Assembly: GCA_038227875.1 (NCBI GenBank)
Contig: JBBRPR010000007.1
Coordinates: forward strand, 128,001 to 192,000
DNA: 64,000 nt
Direction of reading: 5' to 3'
Origin: Planctomycetota bacterium
GTDB taxonomy: Bacteria; Planctomycetota; SZUA-567; H5-PLA8
The notes under the pieces were generated by a model. It did no database searches, was not told where the DNA came from, and saw nothing but the letters and a program-made list of their open reading frames with translations. Below are positions 18,068-27,978 of this stretch, piece after piece (position 1 is the stretch's first letter; the number at the start of each line of letters is the position of its first letter). Position numbers and translations under genes: made by a program.

Positions 18068-18835
18068 ATGATCGGTCGAATCTTCACAGCGCTTCGTTCC
18101 TTTATCCGCGCGAACTTGATTGCGGGTCTGTTTGTCTCGGTTCCATTCACAATCACAATCGTATTTCTGATCTATGTCTGGTCGAAGGTAAACGGTCCGC
18201 TCTCCCAAATTTTCACCACGTTCAACCAAACACAGGAAGAGATGCCGTGGTCCAGCATTCTCTTCGCAATCAAGACTTCCGATTACTACAAACTGACCAT
18301 TCCCATCATCAGTCTGCTCTTGATCTTCATCGGCGTCCTGTTTCTGGGAATCATTGCGCGCAGCATCATCGGCCGCGTGCTCCTGGCGGGCATCGAGAAC
18401 ATCGTCGGCCACCTGCCCGTGATCGGGATGTTGTACTCCTCTTTGAAGCAGTTCGGCGAAGCGTTCATCGGGCCGGACGGCACCAATAAACTCAAGCGCG
18501 CGGTCGCGGTGCAATTTCCGTACAAAGGTGCGTGGACGATCGGTTTTGTAACCGGCACGGCCTCGGCGATCATGACCAAGTCGCCGGACGGACACGATCC
18601 GGCGAAGGGTGAACGACTGACGGTCATCGTGCTCACCACGCCGTTGCCGACGCAGGGCTTTCTGTTAATGGTCCCTGAAGAAGAAACGATTCCGTTGGAC
18701 ATGAGCGTTCAGGACGCGATTAAACTGGTCGTCTCGGGCGGCATTCTCAATCCGGGCGAAAGTCAGCGCCAGAAGAAGCACAACGACATCACGCAAATCA
18801 TTCGCAAGGCGACGTCCAAAGCCATGGATGCCTGA
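18068..18835 (+). CDS. DUF502 family membrane protein
   Basis: AGLFVSVPFTIT, LPVIGMLYSSLKQ, IGFVTG, TTPLPTQG, IKLVVSGG. Confidence 0.9.
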   Translation: MIGRIFTALRSFIRANLIAGLFVSVPFTITIVFLIYVWSKVNGPLSQIFTTFNQTQEEMPWSSILFAIKTSDYYKLTIPIISLLLIFIGVLFLGIIARSIIGRVLLAGIENIVGHLPVIGMLYSSLKQFGEAFIGPDGTNKLKRAVAVQFPYKGAWTIGFVTGTASAIMTKSPDGHDPAKGERLTVIVLTTPLPTQGFLLMVPEEETIPLDMSVQDAIKLVVSGGILNPGESQRQKKHNDITQIIRKATSKAMDA

Positions 18836-18870
18836 GCATCCGTGCACTATGAAAAAAGAAGGAGGTTGCT

Positions 18871-20751
18871 GTGGAGGACTCTCTCTCAAAGATCGCGGCT
18901 TTTATTAACGCCAAGGACTCGCGCCTGGCGTGCGCCGCCGCAGTGGTGCTGACGGAACTGGCGCCACGCGACCCACAGCTCACCAAGCAGCTCGCCGCCG
19001 CGCTGGATCATGCCGACGGCGTGCGGCGTCCGTTCATCATTGAAGCACTCGGCCGTATCGGCACCGCCGAAGCCGCCGCAGCGCTTGTGCCGCTGATCAA
19101 ATCGGAAGGCCCTTCAAGCGACCTGGCGCTGCGCGCCATCGCGCACACCGGTTCGGCGGCACTCAAGCCGCTGCTGAAGCTCGTCGGCACCGTCCCGCCG
19201 GCCTTGCTGGAACGGATCGCCGAATGCGCCGGCCGCACCGGCAAGCCCGAAGCCTTCGCCGCGCTGCTGGGACACCTGCAGGGCGCCGACGTCGACATCT
19301 GCCGCGCCATCCGCAACGGTCTGCGCACCGCGATGACCAACTGCGATGCGGCGTTCAAAGAGCATCTCCGCAAGCAGCTCGAAAAATCGTTCAAGGAAGA
19401 AGCGCTAACCAAGCATCACCCGTCACTGATCGCGCTGATGAAGGTCGCCGGTGATCTGGGCGACATTTCGATGCAGAAGAACATCACCGATCGCATCCGC
19501 GACTCGTACCCGATGAACGTCCGCCGCGCGGCGCTGCAATCGCTGACGCTGCTCCATCTCAGCGGCGATCAGCGTGGACGGCTCGCGCCGCTGCTGCTGC
19601 CGCTGCTGCTCGACCGCGATATCTCGAACATCGCCGAACCGGCGCTGGAAGCCATCCGCCAGGGCCAGTTGAACAGCGATCATCAGGCGATCCTGCGCAA
19701 GATGCTCACCTCCACCGCGCACCGCATCCGTGAATTCGCGATGCAGCAACTGGCGGTGCTCGGTTCCGGGCGGACGATGACCGACCTGATCGCGTGCCTC
19801 GACAATCCCGACCGCGCCATCCGCGAAGAAGCGCTCAGCGCGCTCTCGCGTTCGGCCACCGCGTCGGGAGTCCTCGCCGAACGCCTGTTGAGCCTCGACG
19901 GCGGCGAAGCCGCGCTGGAGACGGCCAAAGCGCTGACGCCGCAGGCCGCGCACATCCCGAAGAAGCTCGCCGAAAGTCTCGCCGACAAATATGTCGCGCT
20001 GGCGATTCCCGAATCGCGCAAGAATCTCGATCTCGACGCGCTGCGCAAGTCCGACGAAGCGCGCCGCGCGATCCTGACCGTCTTCCGCGCCGGCACGTCA
20101 CCGGCGCTGGCCGAACGCGTTCTGGAAACGGCCCGCAAGCTCCGCTCCAAGGACGAACCACAGCGCGCCAGCGATCTGCTTAAGGCGATCCAGGGCGTTG
20201 CCGGCTGGAATGACGATCACCGCATCGAAGCGTCGCTCGCGGCGATCACCTATGGACCGAAGGACCTCGCGCGGTCCGTGCGCGTCAATGACTCGCATCT
20301 ACGCGCGCTGGAAGACGTGATCGGCTCCGGCCGCCGCAGCGCCAAGGACATGGCCAAGCTGATCCTGAAAGACTCCAGCCTGAGCAAACGGATGCTGCAT
20401 TACCTCGGCTTCCACTTCGTCGAGCGGATGCAGAACGAACGCCAGTTCGGTCAGATGTTGCTGGAAAACCTCGCCGCGGGCCGCACCGAAGAAGGCAAGC
20501 TGGCGAAAGAAAAGCTGATCATCGAAGGCCTGCTCAAAGACAAAGGCGGGAAGAACGGCATCCTGGAAGAGCGCGCGAAAGTGATGCTGGCGCCCGCCGA
20601 TCTGGCCGCGTCCGCCGCCGCAACCACCGCGCGTCCCCGCCCCCGCCCGGCCTCCCGCGCCAGCACCAAGCCGCACAAGAAAGTGGCCGCGAAGAAGCCG
20701 GATACGAAGAAGGGCAAAGGCGGGAGTTTGAAGTCGCGCGCGGCGAAGTAG
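18871..20751 (+). CDS. HEAT-repeat protein with a Lys-rich tail
   Basis: Repeated IEALGRIG / VRRAALQSL / IREEALSAL helices; GGAGG RBS before a GTG start. Confidence 0.85.
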   Translation: MEDSLSKIAAFINAKDSRLACAAAVVLTELAPRDPQLTKQLAAALDHADGVRRPFIIEALGRIGTAEAAAALVPLIKSEGPSSDLALRAIAHTGSAALKPLLKLVGTVPPALLERIAECAGRTGKPEAFAALLGHLQGADVDICRAIRNGLRTAMTNCDAAFKEHLRKQLEKSFKEEALTKHHPSLIALMKVAGDLGDISMQKNITDRIRDSYPMNVRRAALQSLTLLHLSGDQRGRLAPLLLPLLLDRDISNIAEPALEAIRQGQLNSDHQAILRKMLTSTAHRIREFAMQQLAVLGSGRTMTDLIACLDNPDRAIREEALSALSRSATASGVLAERLLSLDGGEAALETAKALTPQAAHIPKKLAESLADKYVALAIPESRKNLDLDALRKSDEARRAILTVFRAGTSPALAERVLETARKLRSKDEPQRASDLLKAIQGVAGWNDDHRIEASLAAITYGPKDLARSVRVNDSHLRALEDVIGSGRRSAKDMAKLILKDSSLSKRMLHYLGFHFVERMQNERQFGQMLLENLAAGRTEEGKLAKEKLIIEGLLKDKGGKNGILEERAKVMLAPADLAASAAATTARPRPRPASRASTKPHKKVAAKKPDTKKGKGGSLKSRAAK

Positions 20752-20754
20752 GGG

Positions 20755-20949
20755 CGAACGGATGGCATCGGGGATCGGGCATCTGGCATCTGGCATCGGT
20801 TAATGGGAGCGCTTGAAGCCAAGTCGCAAACTCTCAGCGCGTTGAGGACGGTTTAAAGAATTTTTCCAACGCGGAGGGGATCATGCTTCAACAACCGATC
20901 ACACCCTCTGACCGATGCCTGATGCCCAATCCCCGATCCCATCCGTTCG
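20755..20949. repeat. Heptad-periodic inverted repeat (GGCATCT/GGGATCG units) flanking about 110 bp
   Basis: Left arm 20755-20800 pairs with right arm 20911-20949; the left arm has one extra 7-nt unit. Confidence 0.85.
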
Positions 20950-21021
20950 TACGTTCGTATTTCACTTCCATTTCCATAGCGTAGAGTAGAGTGCGTACAA
21001 CGGCCGGAGGACACCCCTGCG

Positions 21022-23286
21022 ATGGTTGAAATCAACGACTTCATCAAACGCCTGAACGATCAGTCCGTCGAAGCCTTCAAAGGCCAGAAACGCATCCTCT
21101 CCTTCCAACAATACCTGGAACTCTTCTGCGCCAATCCCATGCGACTCGGGCGAAATGCCGCGCAGTACGTGCTGGATGTCTTCGATTTTTTCGGCACGGA
21201 CAAGGTCAACAGCATCGGCGGCAAAGCCACGCGCTGGAAACTCTTCGACGCGCCGTTCGACAACGGCCGCGACCCGCTGATGGGCCAGGAACAGCTCCAG
21301 TTCGAACTGCACCGCCATCTCGAACGCTTCGCCGCGACCGGCCGTGCCGACAAGCTGGTGCTGCTGCACGGCCCCAACGGCTCGGCCAAAAGCACGGCGC
21401 TCAATCTGCTCATCCGCGCGCTCGAACATTACTCGATGCTCGACGACGGCTCGCTCTTCCGATTCAACTGGATCTTCAGCGATCGCACCGAAGGCAAGGA
21501 TCACATCGGCTTTGGCCCCAACCGCAACGACCTGCCGCGCGAGACTCTGGCGTTCATCGACGAGGCGCAGATCTCCTGCAAACTCGGCAGCGAACTGCGC
21601 GAGCCGCCGATTTTTCTCGTGCCGGTCGAACACCGCGCCAAGCTGCTGGACGATCTGCTCGCTGGCGACACCGGCAACGCGCTGCGCACCGAACGACTGA
21701 AGGGCCAGTACCTGCGCGAAGGCATTCTCTCCGCCAAGAACAAACAGATTTTCGACGCGCTGATGAACGCCCACCGCGGCGACTGGACCAAGGTGATCCG
21801 CCACGTGCAGATCGAACGCTATTTCATCTCCAAGCGTTATCGCACCGGCGCCGCCGCGATTGAGCCACAGCAAGCCGTTGACGCCGGCGCGCGGCCGATG
21901 ACCTTCGAACACGGCGTCGCACTGCCGCCCGTGCTGCAGGGATTGCAGCTGGTCGAATTGATGGGCGAACTGATCGAAGCCAGCGGCGGGATCGTCGAGT
22001 ACTCCGATTTCCTCAAGCGTAACTTGGAGCTCAATAAGTACCTGCTGAGCACCGTGGAACGCGGCGAGGTCTCGCTGCCCGGCGCGGTGGCGGAACTCAA
22101 TTCGGTCATGCTCGGCACGTGCAACGAGAAACAGCTCTCTGCGTTTAAAGGCACGCCCGATTTCACCAGCTACAAAGGCCGCATCGAACTGATCCGTGCG
22201 CCGTACCTGCTGGAATGGAGCAAGGAAGTCGTCATCTACAACGCGTTCATCGCCGAAATCCGCCAGACGCGCCACGTTGCTCCGCACACCGCGGAAGTCC
22301 TGGCGCTCTGGGCGATCCTGACGCGACTGCGCCGTCCCGACCCGGGCAAGTACCCCAGCGAACTGGCCGGTGTCATCCGCCACTTAAGCCCGCTGGACAA
22401 GGCCAAGCTCTACGACAATGGCACGGTGCCCGACGGCCTGAGCACCGAAGAGAAGCGCCTGCTGCGCGCGTTCGTGCCGCAGCTGCGCGACGAACACCGC
22501 GACACGCTGGCGGAATTCGAAGGCTTCGTCTGCGCCGGCTACGAAGGCCGCCGCGGCGCGTCGGCCCGCGAGATGCAGTCGCTGATCGCCGAAGCGTCGT
22601 CAGATCCGGCGCGCAAGTTCCTCTCGCCGCTGGCCATCTTCAGCGCGATGGAACGGTTGCTGCGCGACAAGTCGGTCTACGATTTCCTCCGCCTGGAGGC
22701 CGACGAGGGCTACCACGATTGCGAAGCGTTCATCGAAGACGTGCGGGGCGAGTATTTCCGTCGCGTCTCGGTGGAAGTGTACGATTCGATGGGCCTGGTT
22801 GAGGAGACCGAATACGACCGGCGCGTCGACGACTATTTCAAGCATGTCCGCGCGTATGTCGCCGGCGAGAAAGTCCAGAACCCGCGCACGAACCAGTACG
22901 AGGACCCCAACGTCGGCATTCTCGAAGGCCTTGAGAAGCTGATGTCGTTACGCGAATCGCCTGACGCGTTCCGCCGCAACTTGATCACCAAGATCGCCGC
23001 GTACTCGCTGGAACACCCGAAGGAGAAGATCGACTACCACGAGATCTTCGCCGACCTGTTCAAGAATCTGCGCAACAGTTACTACAAGGAGAAGAGCAAG
23101 CCGTTGATTCAGCTCGCCCAGTACGTGCTGGTCTTCAACACCGACGACGCGAGCATGATTCCCGCCAGCGAGCGCCCGAAGGTAGAGCGTACGCTGAAGG
23201 TGATGCGTGAGAAATACAACTATTCCGATGACAGCGCCAAGGAAGCAATCAGCTTCGTGCTGCGCTCAATCCAGGAGAAAAGTTGA
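21022..23286 (+). CDS. prkA: PrkA/YeaG-family AAA+ serine protein kinase-like ATPase
   Basis: LLHGPNGSAKST Walker A, GIVEYSDFLKR, RIELIRAPYLL, VAPHT, GASARE. Confidence 0.88.
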   Translation: MVEINDFIKRLNDQSVEAFKGQKRILSFQQYLELFCANPMRLGRNAAQYVLDVFDFFGTDKVNSIGGKATRWKLFDAPFDNGRDPLMGQEQLQFELHRHLERFAATGRADKLVLLHGPNGSAKSTALNLLIRALEHYSMLDDGSLFRFNWIFSDRTEGKDHIGFGPNRNDLPRETLAFIDEAQISCKLGSELREPPIFLVPVEHRAKLLDDLLAGDTGNALRTERLKGQYLREGILSAKNKQIFDALMNAHRGDWTKVIRHVQIERYFISKRYRTGAAAIEPQQAVDAGARPMTFEHGVALPPVLQGLQLVELMGELIEASGGIVEYSDFLKRNLELNKYLLSTVERGEVSLPGAVAELNSVMLGTCNEKQLSAFKGTPDFTSYKGRIELIRAPYLLEWSKEVVIYNAFIAEIRQTRHVAPHTAEVLALWAILTRLRRPDPGKYPSELAGVIRHLSPLDKAKLYDNGTVPDGLSTEEKRLLRAFVPQLRDEHRDTLAEFEGFVCAGYEGRRGASAREMQSLIAEASSDPARKFLSPLAIFSAMERLLRDKSVYDFLRLEADEGYHDCEAFIEDVRGEYFRRVSVEVYDSMGLVEETEYDRRVDDYFKHVRAYVAGEKVQNPRTNQYEDPNVGILEGLEKLMSLRESPDAFRRNLITKIAAYSLEHPKEKIDYHEIFADLFKNLRNSYYKEKSKPLIQLAQYVLVFNTDDASMIPASERPKVERTLKVMREKYNYSDDSAKEAISFVLRSIQEKS

Positions 23287-23311
23287 GACTGCCCGAACGG
23301 ATGGCAGTCCG

Positions 23312-24076
23312 TCACTTCCAGTTCGCTTCGTAAATCTTCTTCTCCGCGTCGCGCGGCTTCTCGGCGACGTCCATGTAGGCGGAGTAGCCTTCCTTTTTAA
23401 AGAACGTGAAAAAATCGATCAGGCGCGTGACCTGCTTGCCGGCGCGGACGTCGTGGATGTTGTCGCGCGTTCGGGTGAGCGTGGAAATGCGCGACGGTGC
23501 GAGAATGCCACTGGCTGTCTCCTGGATCTCGAACGACTTTCCCTTGGGCGGGCGGCGGTCTTCGCCCACGACGTCAAAGCTGCGGATGCGGGCCTCGCCG
23601 GAGACGCAGGAGAGCACGCCGATGTAATCGCGGTGATCGTGAAACGGAATCGCGGCCAGCGGTTGCAATTGAAATTGAGCCGCGATCAACGGCAGCTTGT
23701 GGTGGACGTCGACCATGATCACCGGCTTGTCGCCCTTGAATTGTGCGTCGGGAATCGGCTTGAGTCGCGCAACTAGCGCCGCAAGTTGGAAGAGATAGGC
23801 CTCTTCGTTGGGTTTGGCGCTGGTGGCGATTTTCTCCGCCATCGGCAGCGCCTGCTTAATGAGTGTGTCCCACGCCAGATCGCCATTCTCCGGCTCGTTC
23901 GGCGGAGCCACGCCGTCTTCGGCCATCGCCAACTGCGGCCAGCCCAGGCACCACACCGCCAGCGCACCCAACGAGATGCGCAGTATGTCCCGACGCTCGA
24001 CGAGGACGCCGTCGGCGATCAATGCGCCTTCTCTTTCGTCATCTTCTTGTGGAGGAACTTGATGAAACCAACTCAT
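23312..24076 (-). CDS. Tat-exported cupin, ADO/PCO-like thiol dioxygenase
   Basis: ERRDIL twin-arginine signal ending in AMA; IPFHDH...G...IRSFD...LTRTRDNIH...LIDFF. Confidence 0.75.
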   Translation of the reverse strand: MSWFHQVPPQEDDEREGALIADGVLVERRDILRISLGALAVWCLGWPQLAMAEDGVAPPNEPENGDLAWDTLIKQALPMAEKIATSAKPNEEAYLFQLAALVARLKPIPDAQFKGDKPVIMVDVHHKLPLIAAQFQLQPLAAIPFHDHRDYIGVLSCVSGEARIRSFDVVGEDRRPPKGKSFEIQETASGILAPSRISTLTRTRDNIHDVRAGKQVTRLIDFFTFFKKEGYSAYMDVAEKPRDAEKKIYEANWK

Positions 24077-24330
24077 GGCACTCTCTCAAAGTGTGATCTT
24101 TAGTTCTACAGCCAAAATACACCTGCGTTTGCTATATAGAGGTGCGAAAGCCTCCAGTTTTTTGCACGGGGGTTGTCAGGATTCGGACGCTTATTTTCAA
24201 AACTGAAAGCGCGATGGAATTGCAACTTTGCAAAGCATGAACACACAATACTTTGCGAATTCTTTCGAATGGCCTGAAGACTGCAGGAATGCCACTACAG
24301 AGAATCCAGCCACGTGAAAGGTACACACCG

Positions 24331-24798
24331 ATGAGCCATGTCTCCTGTAAGCCCCCCTTGATGCTGCACTGCCATTCCGCGCGCGAGATGATGTCACCCA
24401 ATCCGATCTCGATTCCTGCAGTCTCAACGATCAAACGCGCCGCCGAGTTTCTCGCGGATCATCACTTCGGTGCGGCACCGGTGATCGATACCGCCGGCAA
24501 AGCGATCGGCGTGATTAGCATGACTGATATCGCCCGACACGTGAAGAAACAGCAGCCCGCTTCATCCATCCACACAGAGTGCGGAAATGTAGCGACTGAG
24601 CTGCCGGCGGAATCCGAGGTGGAAGTTCAGGACGTCATGACTCCCATGGTTTTCTCGGTCACCCCAGATACTTCACCAAAGCAAGTGATTGATGCGATGC
24701 TGAATGAAAACGTACATCGCCTGTTTGTAGTGGATCACGCGGGGCTGCTGATTGGAGTGATCAGCACGTTCGATATTTTGCGTCACATGAAGTCCTAG
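24331..24798 (+). CDS. CBS-pair domain protein
   Basis: AREMMSPNP...APVID...IGVISMTDI and VQDVMTP...HRLFVVD...GVISTFDI; start uncertain. Confidence 0.9.
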   Translation: MSHVSCKPPLMLHCHSAREMMSPNPISIPAVSTIKRAAEFLADHHFGAAPVIDTAGKAIGVISMTDIARHVKKQQPASSIHTECGNVATELPAESEVEVQDVMTPMVFSVTPDTSPKQVIDAMLNENVHRLFVVDHAGLLIGVISTFDILRHMKS

Positions 24799-25051
24799 GC
24801 GATTTCGATCTCGCAAATATCGATCGATACATGGTTTGTGTCTTTTCAAAATTGTGATCTCTCAATTCAAATTTTTGCACCATGAAGCGGATTATGGTAG
24901 TATATAAATTAGTGCACAATGCGCCAAGTCGGCGTAATTGTACTTAGTATAATGCTAACTTTTTCTAATTCCTGAAACATTTGTGTGCATGGTTAGTCTT
25001 AAAAAACACGTCTTTAATGAACAGGTGCGTTTCTTTGTTTTTGAGGTGCCT

Positions 25052-26257
25052 ATGTCCGTGAAAAATCTGAGCTTATTTCTATTGCCACTGACCTTCGTGG
25101 TCTGCGTGAGCGTTCATGCAGATCCGGCGGGCGAAGTCGAGAAACTCAAGAGTGAGGCGCTCGATATTCTGAAGGCCAACGCTCAGCGCCAAGCTTCGCC
25201 GGAACAATACGCCGATTGCATTTACAAGCTTGAGAAGGCTCAGCAGCTGCTCGATAAATCCAACGACAACGATAGCGCTCTGGCGCAGGAAGTCAGTTCA
25301 TCCCTCTTCTGGGCGCGAAAGTTTTCCGATGTTCACGTGATGGCGGCGCTCGACAAGCTTCATGGCGGCGCCAAAGAGCCGGCTCCGCCACCGACCCCCA
25401 TTAAGAAGGTAGAGAAAACGCCCGACGAGGCCACGCCTGAAGCGCCGTCAGCCATGGCCGAAGCCAAGAAGGCCTTCGACCACGCCCAATCGTTCGCGAT
25501 TTCGCACCAGTCCGACGACTACGCTGTGGCGCTCTGCTGGTTCAAAGTCGCCAACGACAATTCGGGCACCGATTACGCGCTTAAAGCGCTGGAACTCGCC
25601 CGCGCCGCCCAGTCCCGTTTTGCCTCAAAATCAGCTCCTGAAGCTCCGAAAGAAGTGCTGCCAGACACGCCGGAAATGAAACTCGTGACCGAAGCGGATG
25701 AGTTGGTGAAATCCGGCAAGTTCACCGAAGCGGTGGCGCTCTACAAAGCGTCAATCGACAAGAAGGAATCGATCATCGCTCACCGCAACATGGGCAAAGC
25801 GATGTTCGCGCGAGGCCAGCTGGCCAAGGACAAGCTACTGCCCGAGATGGAAGCCGCGGACAAGGCGTATCAGAGTGCATACAAGGCGGCGTTGGTCACC
25901 CATCACACCATGGGCGGGCGCAATTACGTGGTGCTGGACCGTAACAACGCAGGGCTTCAGGCTGCGGTTCAAAAATGCAACGAACTCTCGAAGCAGTCCT
26001 ACAAGATCGTGAACGACGACTACGATAAAGCACAGTTCGAATTCAAAGCCGTGCTGCGCATGACGCCCGATAATAAGGATCTGGAGGCTGATGGCCACAT
26101 CGGCCTGTGCCTGGCCGTCCGGGGAGATACCAACTATCGCTCGCTGGCTCGTCAGCACATCGTTAAGTTTCTGGCCAACTACAAGCCAGTGACCGATCTG
26201 GAGCGTTCGCTCTATGAGTACTGTAAGACGGAATTGGTCCGACTGAACAAAAACTAA
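25052..26257 (+). CDS. Secreted helical/TPR-like protein
   Basis: GAGGTG RBS, signal peptide ending in VHA, TPR-like GKFTEAVALYKASI. Confidence 0.8.
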   Translation: MSVKNLSLFLLPLTFVVCVSVHADPAGEVEKLKSEALDILKANAQRQASPEQYADCIYKLEKAQQLLDKSNDNDSALAQEVSSSLFWARKFSDVHVMAALDKLHGGAKEPAPPPTPIKKVEKTPDEATPEAPSAMAEAKKAFDHAQSFAISHQSDDYAVALCWFKVANDNSGTDYALKALELARAAQSRFASKSAPEAPKEVLPDTPEMKLVTEADELVKSGKFTEAVALYKASIDKKESIIAHRNMGKAMFARGQLAKDKLLPEMEAADKAYQSAYKAALVTHHTMGGRNYVVLDRNNAGLQAAVQKCNELSKQSYKIVNDDYDKAQFEFKAVLRMTPDNKDLEADGHIGLCLAVRGDTNYRSLARQHIVKFLANYKPVTDLERSLYEYCKTELVRLNKN

Positions 26258-26450
26258 TCCAGACCCTTTATCCCCCGCCCATCCAACAGGTATTTTATTT
26301 GCTCCCGCTTAAGACGACAGCGGGAGTGGTTGTTGTCGTCTGACTTCAACTTCGGCTCCCATGCAATGGATCCGGCCGAGTTATGACAAGGCCGGCTTGT
26401 GCATGCTTTGTATAGCGCTGCATAAATGCTGAATAGGAGCGTGTACGCGT

Positions 26451-27677
26451 ATGAAATACATACATGCCATCCCGATTTTCGTTGCCATGCTGGCCATGGC
26501 GAGTGGCTTCGCTTCAGATGACCCCAACCTGCAGTTAGTTTCGGCCCATAACCCCGTGGCCCCGTCATCGCTGCCTCCCTATATGTTCCGTTGTGAAAAC
26601 GGCCTCTCCGCGACAATCAATGGGTACCTGAACGTCAAAGGCGTCCAGATTCCCGGGCAGCAGACACACCTGCTGACGGTGCCGGGTCTGGCGGCGCCAC
26701 TGCCGGTCAGCGTCGTGATGCAGGATCGCCCCGCGCCACTGGTAGTGGTCCTGCTGGGCATCAGCGGAGAAGCGAAGAGCGATTTCAGCAAGCTCTGGCC
26801 CTCGTATTTTGCCGACGCCGGTTACAACGTCCTGACCTTCGACTCCTCGTTCCGGCCGGAATTTATCGAACTGGGCGGCTCGAAAGTGGGCGTCCCAGGA
26901 AACGTCTGGGCTGAAACGGCCTTGGACCGGGACATCATTCAGACTTTTCTTGAGCGCTTTGGCGAACGGACCACGAAAATCGGTATCGTCGGCATGAGTT
27001 ACGGCGGAACCGAAGCGTTGATCCTCGGTCAGATGGCGATGGAAGGAAAAGTTCCGTTCAAGATCGACGCGATTCAAGCCTACTCGCCGCCCGCCGACAT
27101 GCGCCAGTCGGCAAAGATCATCGACGGTTATTACAACAATCACCGCTTCGACTACACCTTGATCGAAATGAAGACTGAAGTTGAAAAGCATCATCAGGCA
27201 TGCGGCGAACTGTCTGATGACCTGATGCGCGCGGTGCTCGCCACGTCGTTCGAGTCGGCGCTGAGCGACGCCGTCCTGGCCACCGATCACCACTTCGGCC
27301 TGAGTCTCTTCTCAAAAGATCCGGAACTGCGCAAGGATGAATCGAAGCAGTGGGGCTTTGAGCGCTATGCCTACGATCTGGCCCTGCCGTGGTGGCGCCA
27401 GCGTCTGGCCAAAGATCAGATCGACGATTTCGTCTTCGCCTCAACGCTTGAAAATCTGCTGAAGCATCAGCCGCCCTGCAGCCAGGCGATCATCGCGGCG
27501 GACGACCCGCTCAATGACCCGGTGGATACGCGGGTGTTGCGCGCCCATTTGGCCGAGACGCCGCTTACGATTCTGCCGAATGGGGGACACTTGGGTTACA
27601 TTGCCGATCCATGGACGCGAGCGAAGCTGCTGACCTTGTTTGATTGTGTGGCGGATAAGACGGCCAAGTCGCGTTAA
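26451..27677 (+). CDS. Secreted alpha/beta hydrolase
   Basis: Signal peptide; GMSYGG nucleophile elbow, DDP Asp, GGHLG His. Confidence 0.88.
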   Translation: MKYIHAIPIFVAMLAMASGFASDDPNLQLVSAHNPVAPSSLPPYMFRCENGLSATINGYLNVKGVQIPGQQTHLLTVPGLAAPLPVSVVMQDRPAPLVVVLLGISGEAKSDFSKLWPSYFADAGYNVLTFDSSFRPEFIELGGSKVGVPGNVWAETALDRDIIQTFLERFGERTTKIGIVGMSYGGTEALILGQMAMEGKVPFKIDAIQAYSPPADMRQSAKIIDGYYNNHRFDYTLIEMKTEVEKHHQACGELSDDLMRAVLATSFESALSDAVLATDHHFGLSLFSKDPELRKDESKQWGFERYAYDLALPWWRQRLAKDQIDDFVFASTLENLLKHQPPCSQAIIAADDPLNDPVDTRVLRAHLAETPLTILPNGGHLGYIADPWTRAKLLTLFDCVADKTAKSR

Positions 27678-27704
27678 CAGCGATTGATAAAACCTGATCC
27701 ACGC

Positions 27705-27740
27705 CGAGAAACGCCTCTCCAACGGGGCGTTTCTCGTTTT
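27705..27740 (+). terminator. Rho-independent terminator
   Basis: CGAGAAACGCCTC-loop-GGGGCGTTTCTCG followed by TTTTATTTT. Confidence 0.75.
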
Positions 27741-27753
27741 ATTTTACGGTTCG

Positions 27754-27978
27754 CTAACGGCTGGTGGATGCGTCAGGTTGATCGTGCGGAATACGCGTGC
27801 GGCCGATCTCCGGCCAACTGAGAAATACCATGAAGGCCAGCCAGATCGCCCACAGCGCGAGCACGACCCATGTTACACCCGACGTTTGTGAAGGTTGCGC
27901 CGTGGATGCCACGCGGCCATCGGTCGCGCTCACGGAGGACGCTGGCGTAGCGGAATTGGCGGCGGTGACGTCACTCAC
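27754..27978 (-). CDS. Small single-TM protein
   Basis: GTG start overlaps the upstream stop (GTGA); WVVLALWAIWLAFMVFLSW helix. Confidence 0.6.
   Translation of the reverse strand: MSDVTAANSATPASSVSATDGRVASTAQPSQTSGVTWVVLALWAIWLAFMVFLSWPEIGRTRIPHDQPDASTSR

Noticed and set aside
20755..23306. 13-bp direct repeat CGAACGGATGGCA flanking prkA as possible att sites
   Set aside because: 13-mer matches are expected by chance in 64 kb of GC-rich DNA, and no integrase is present.
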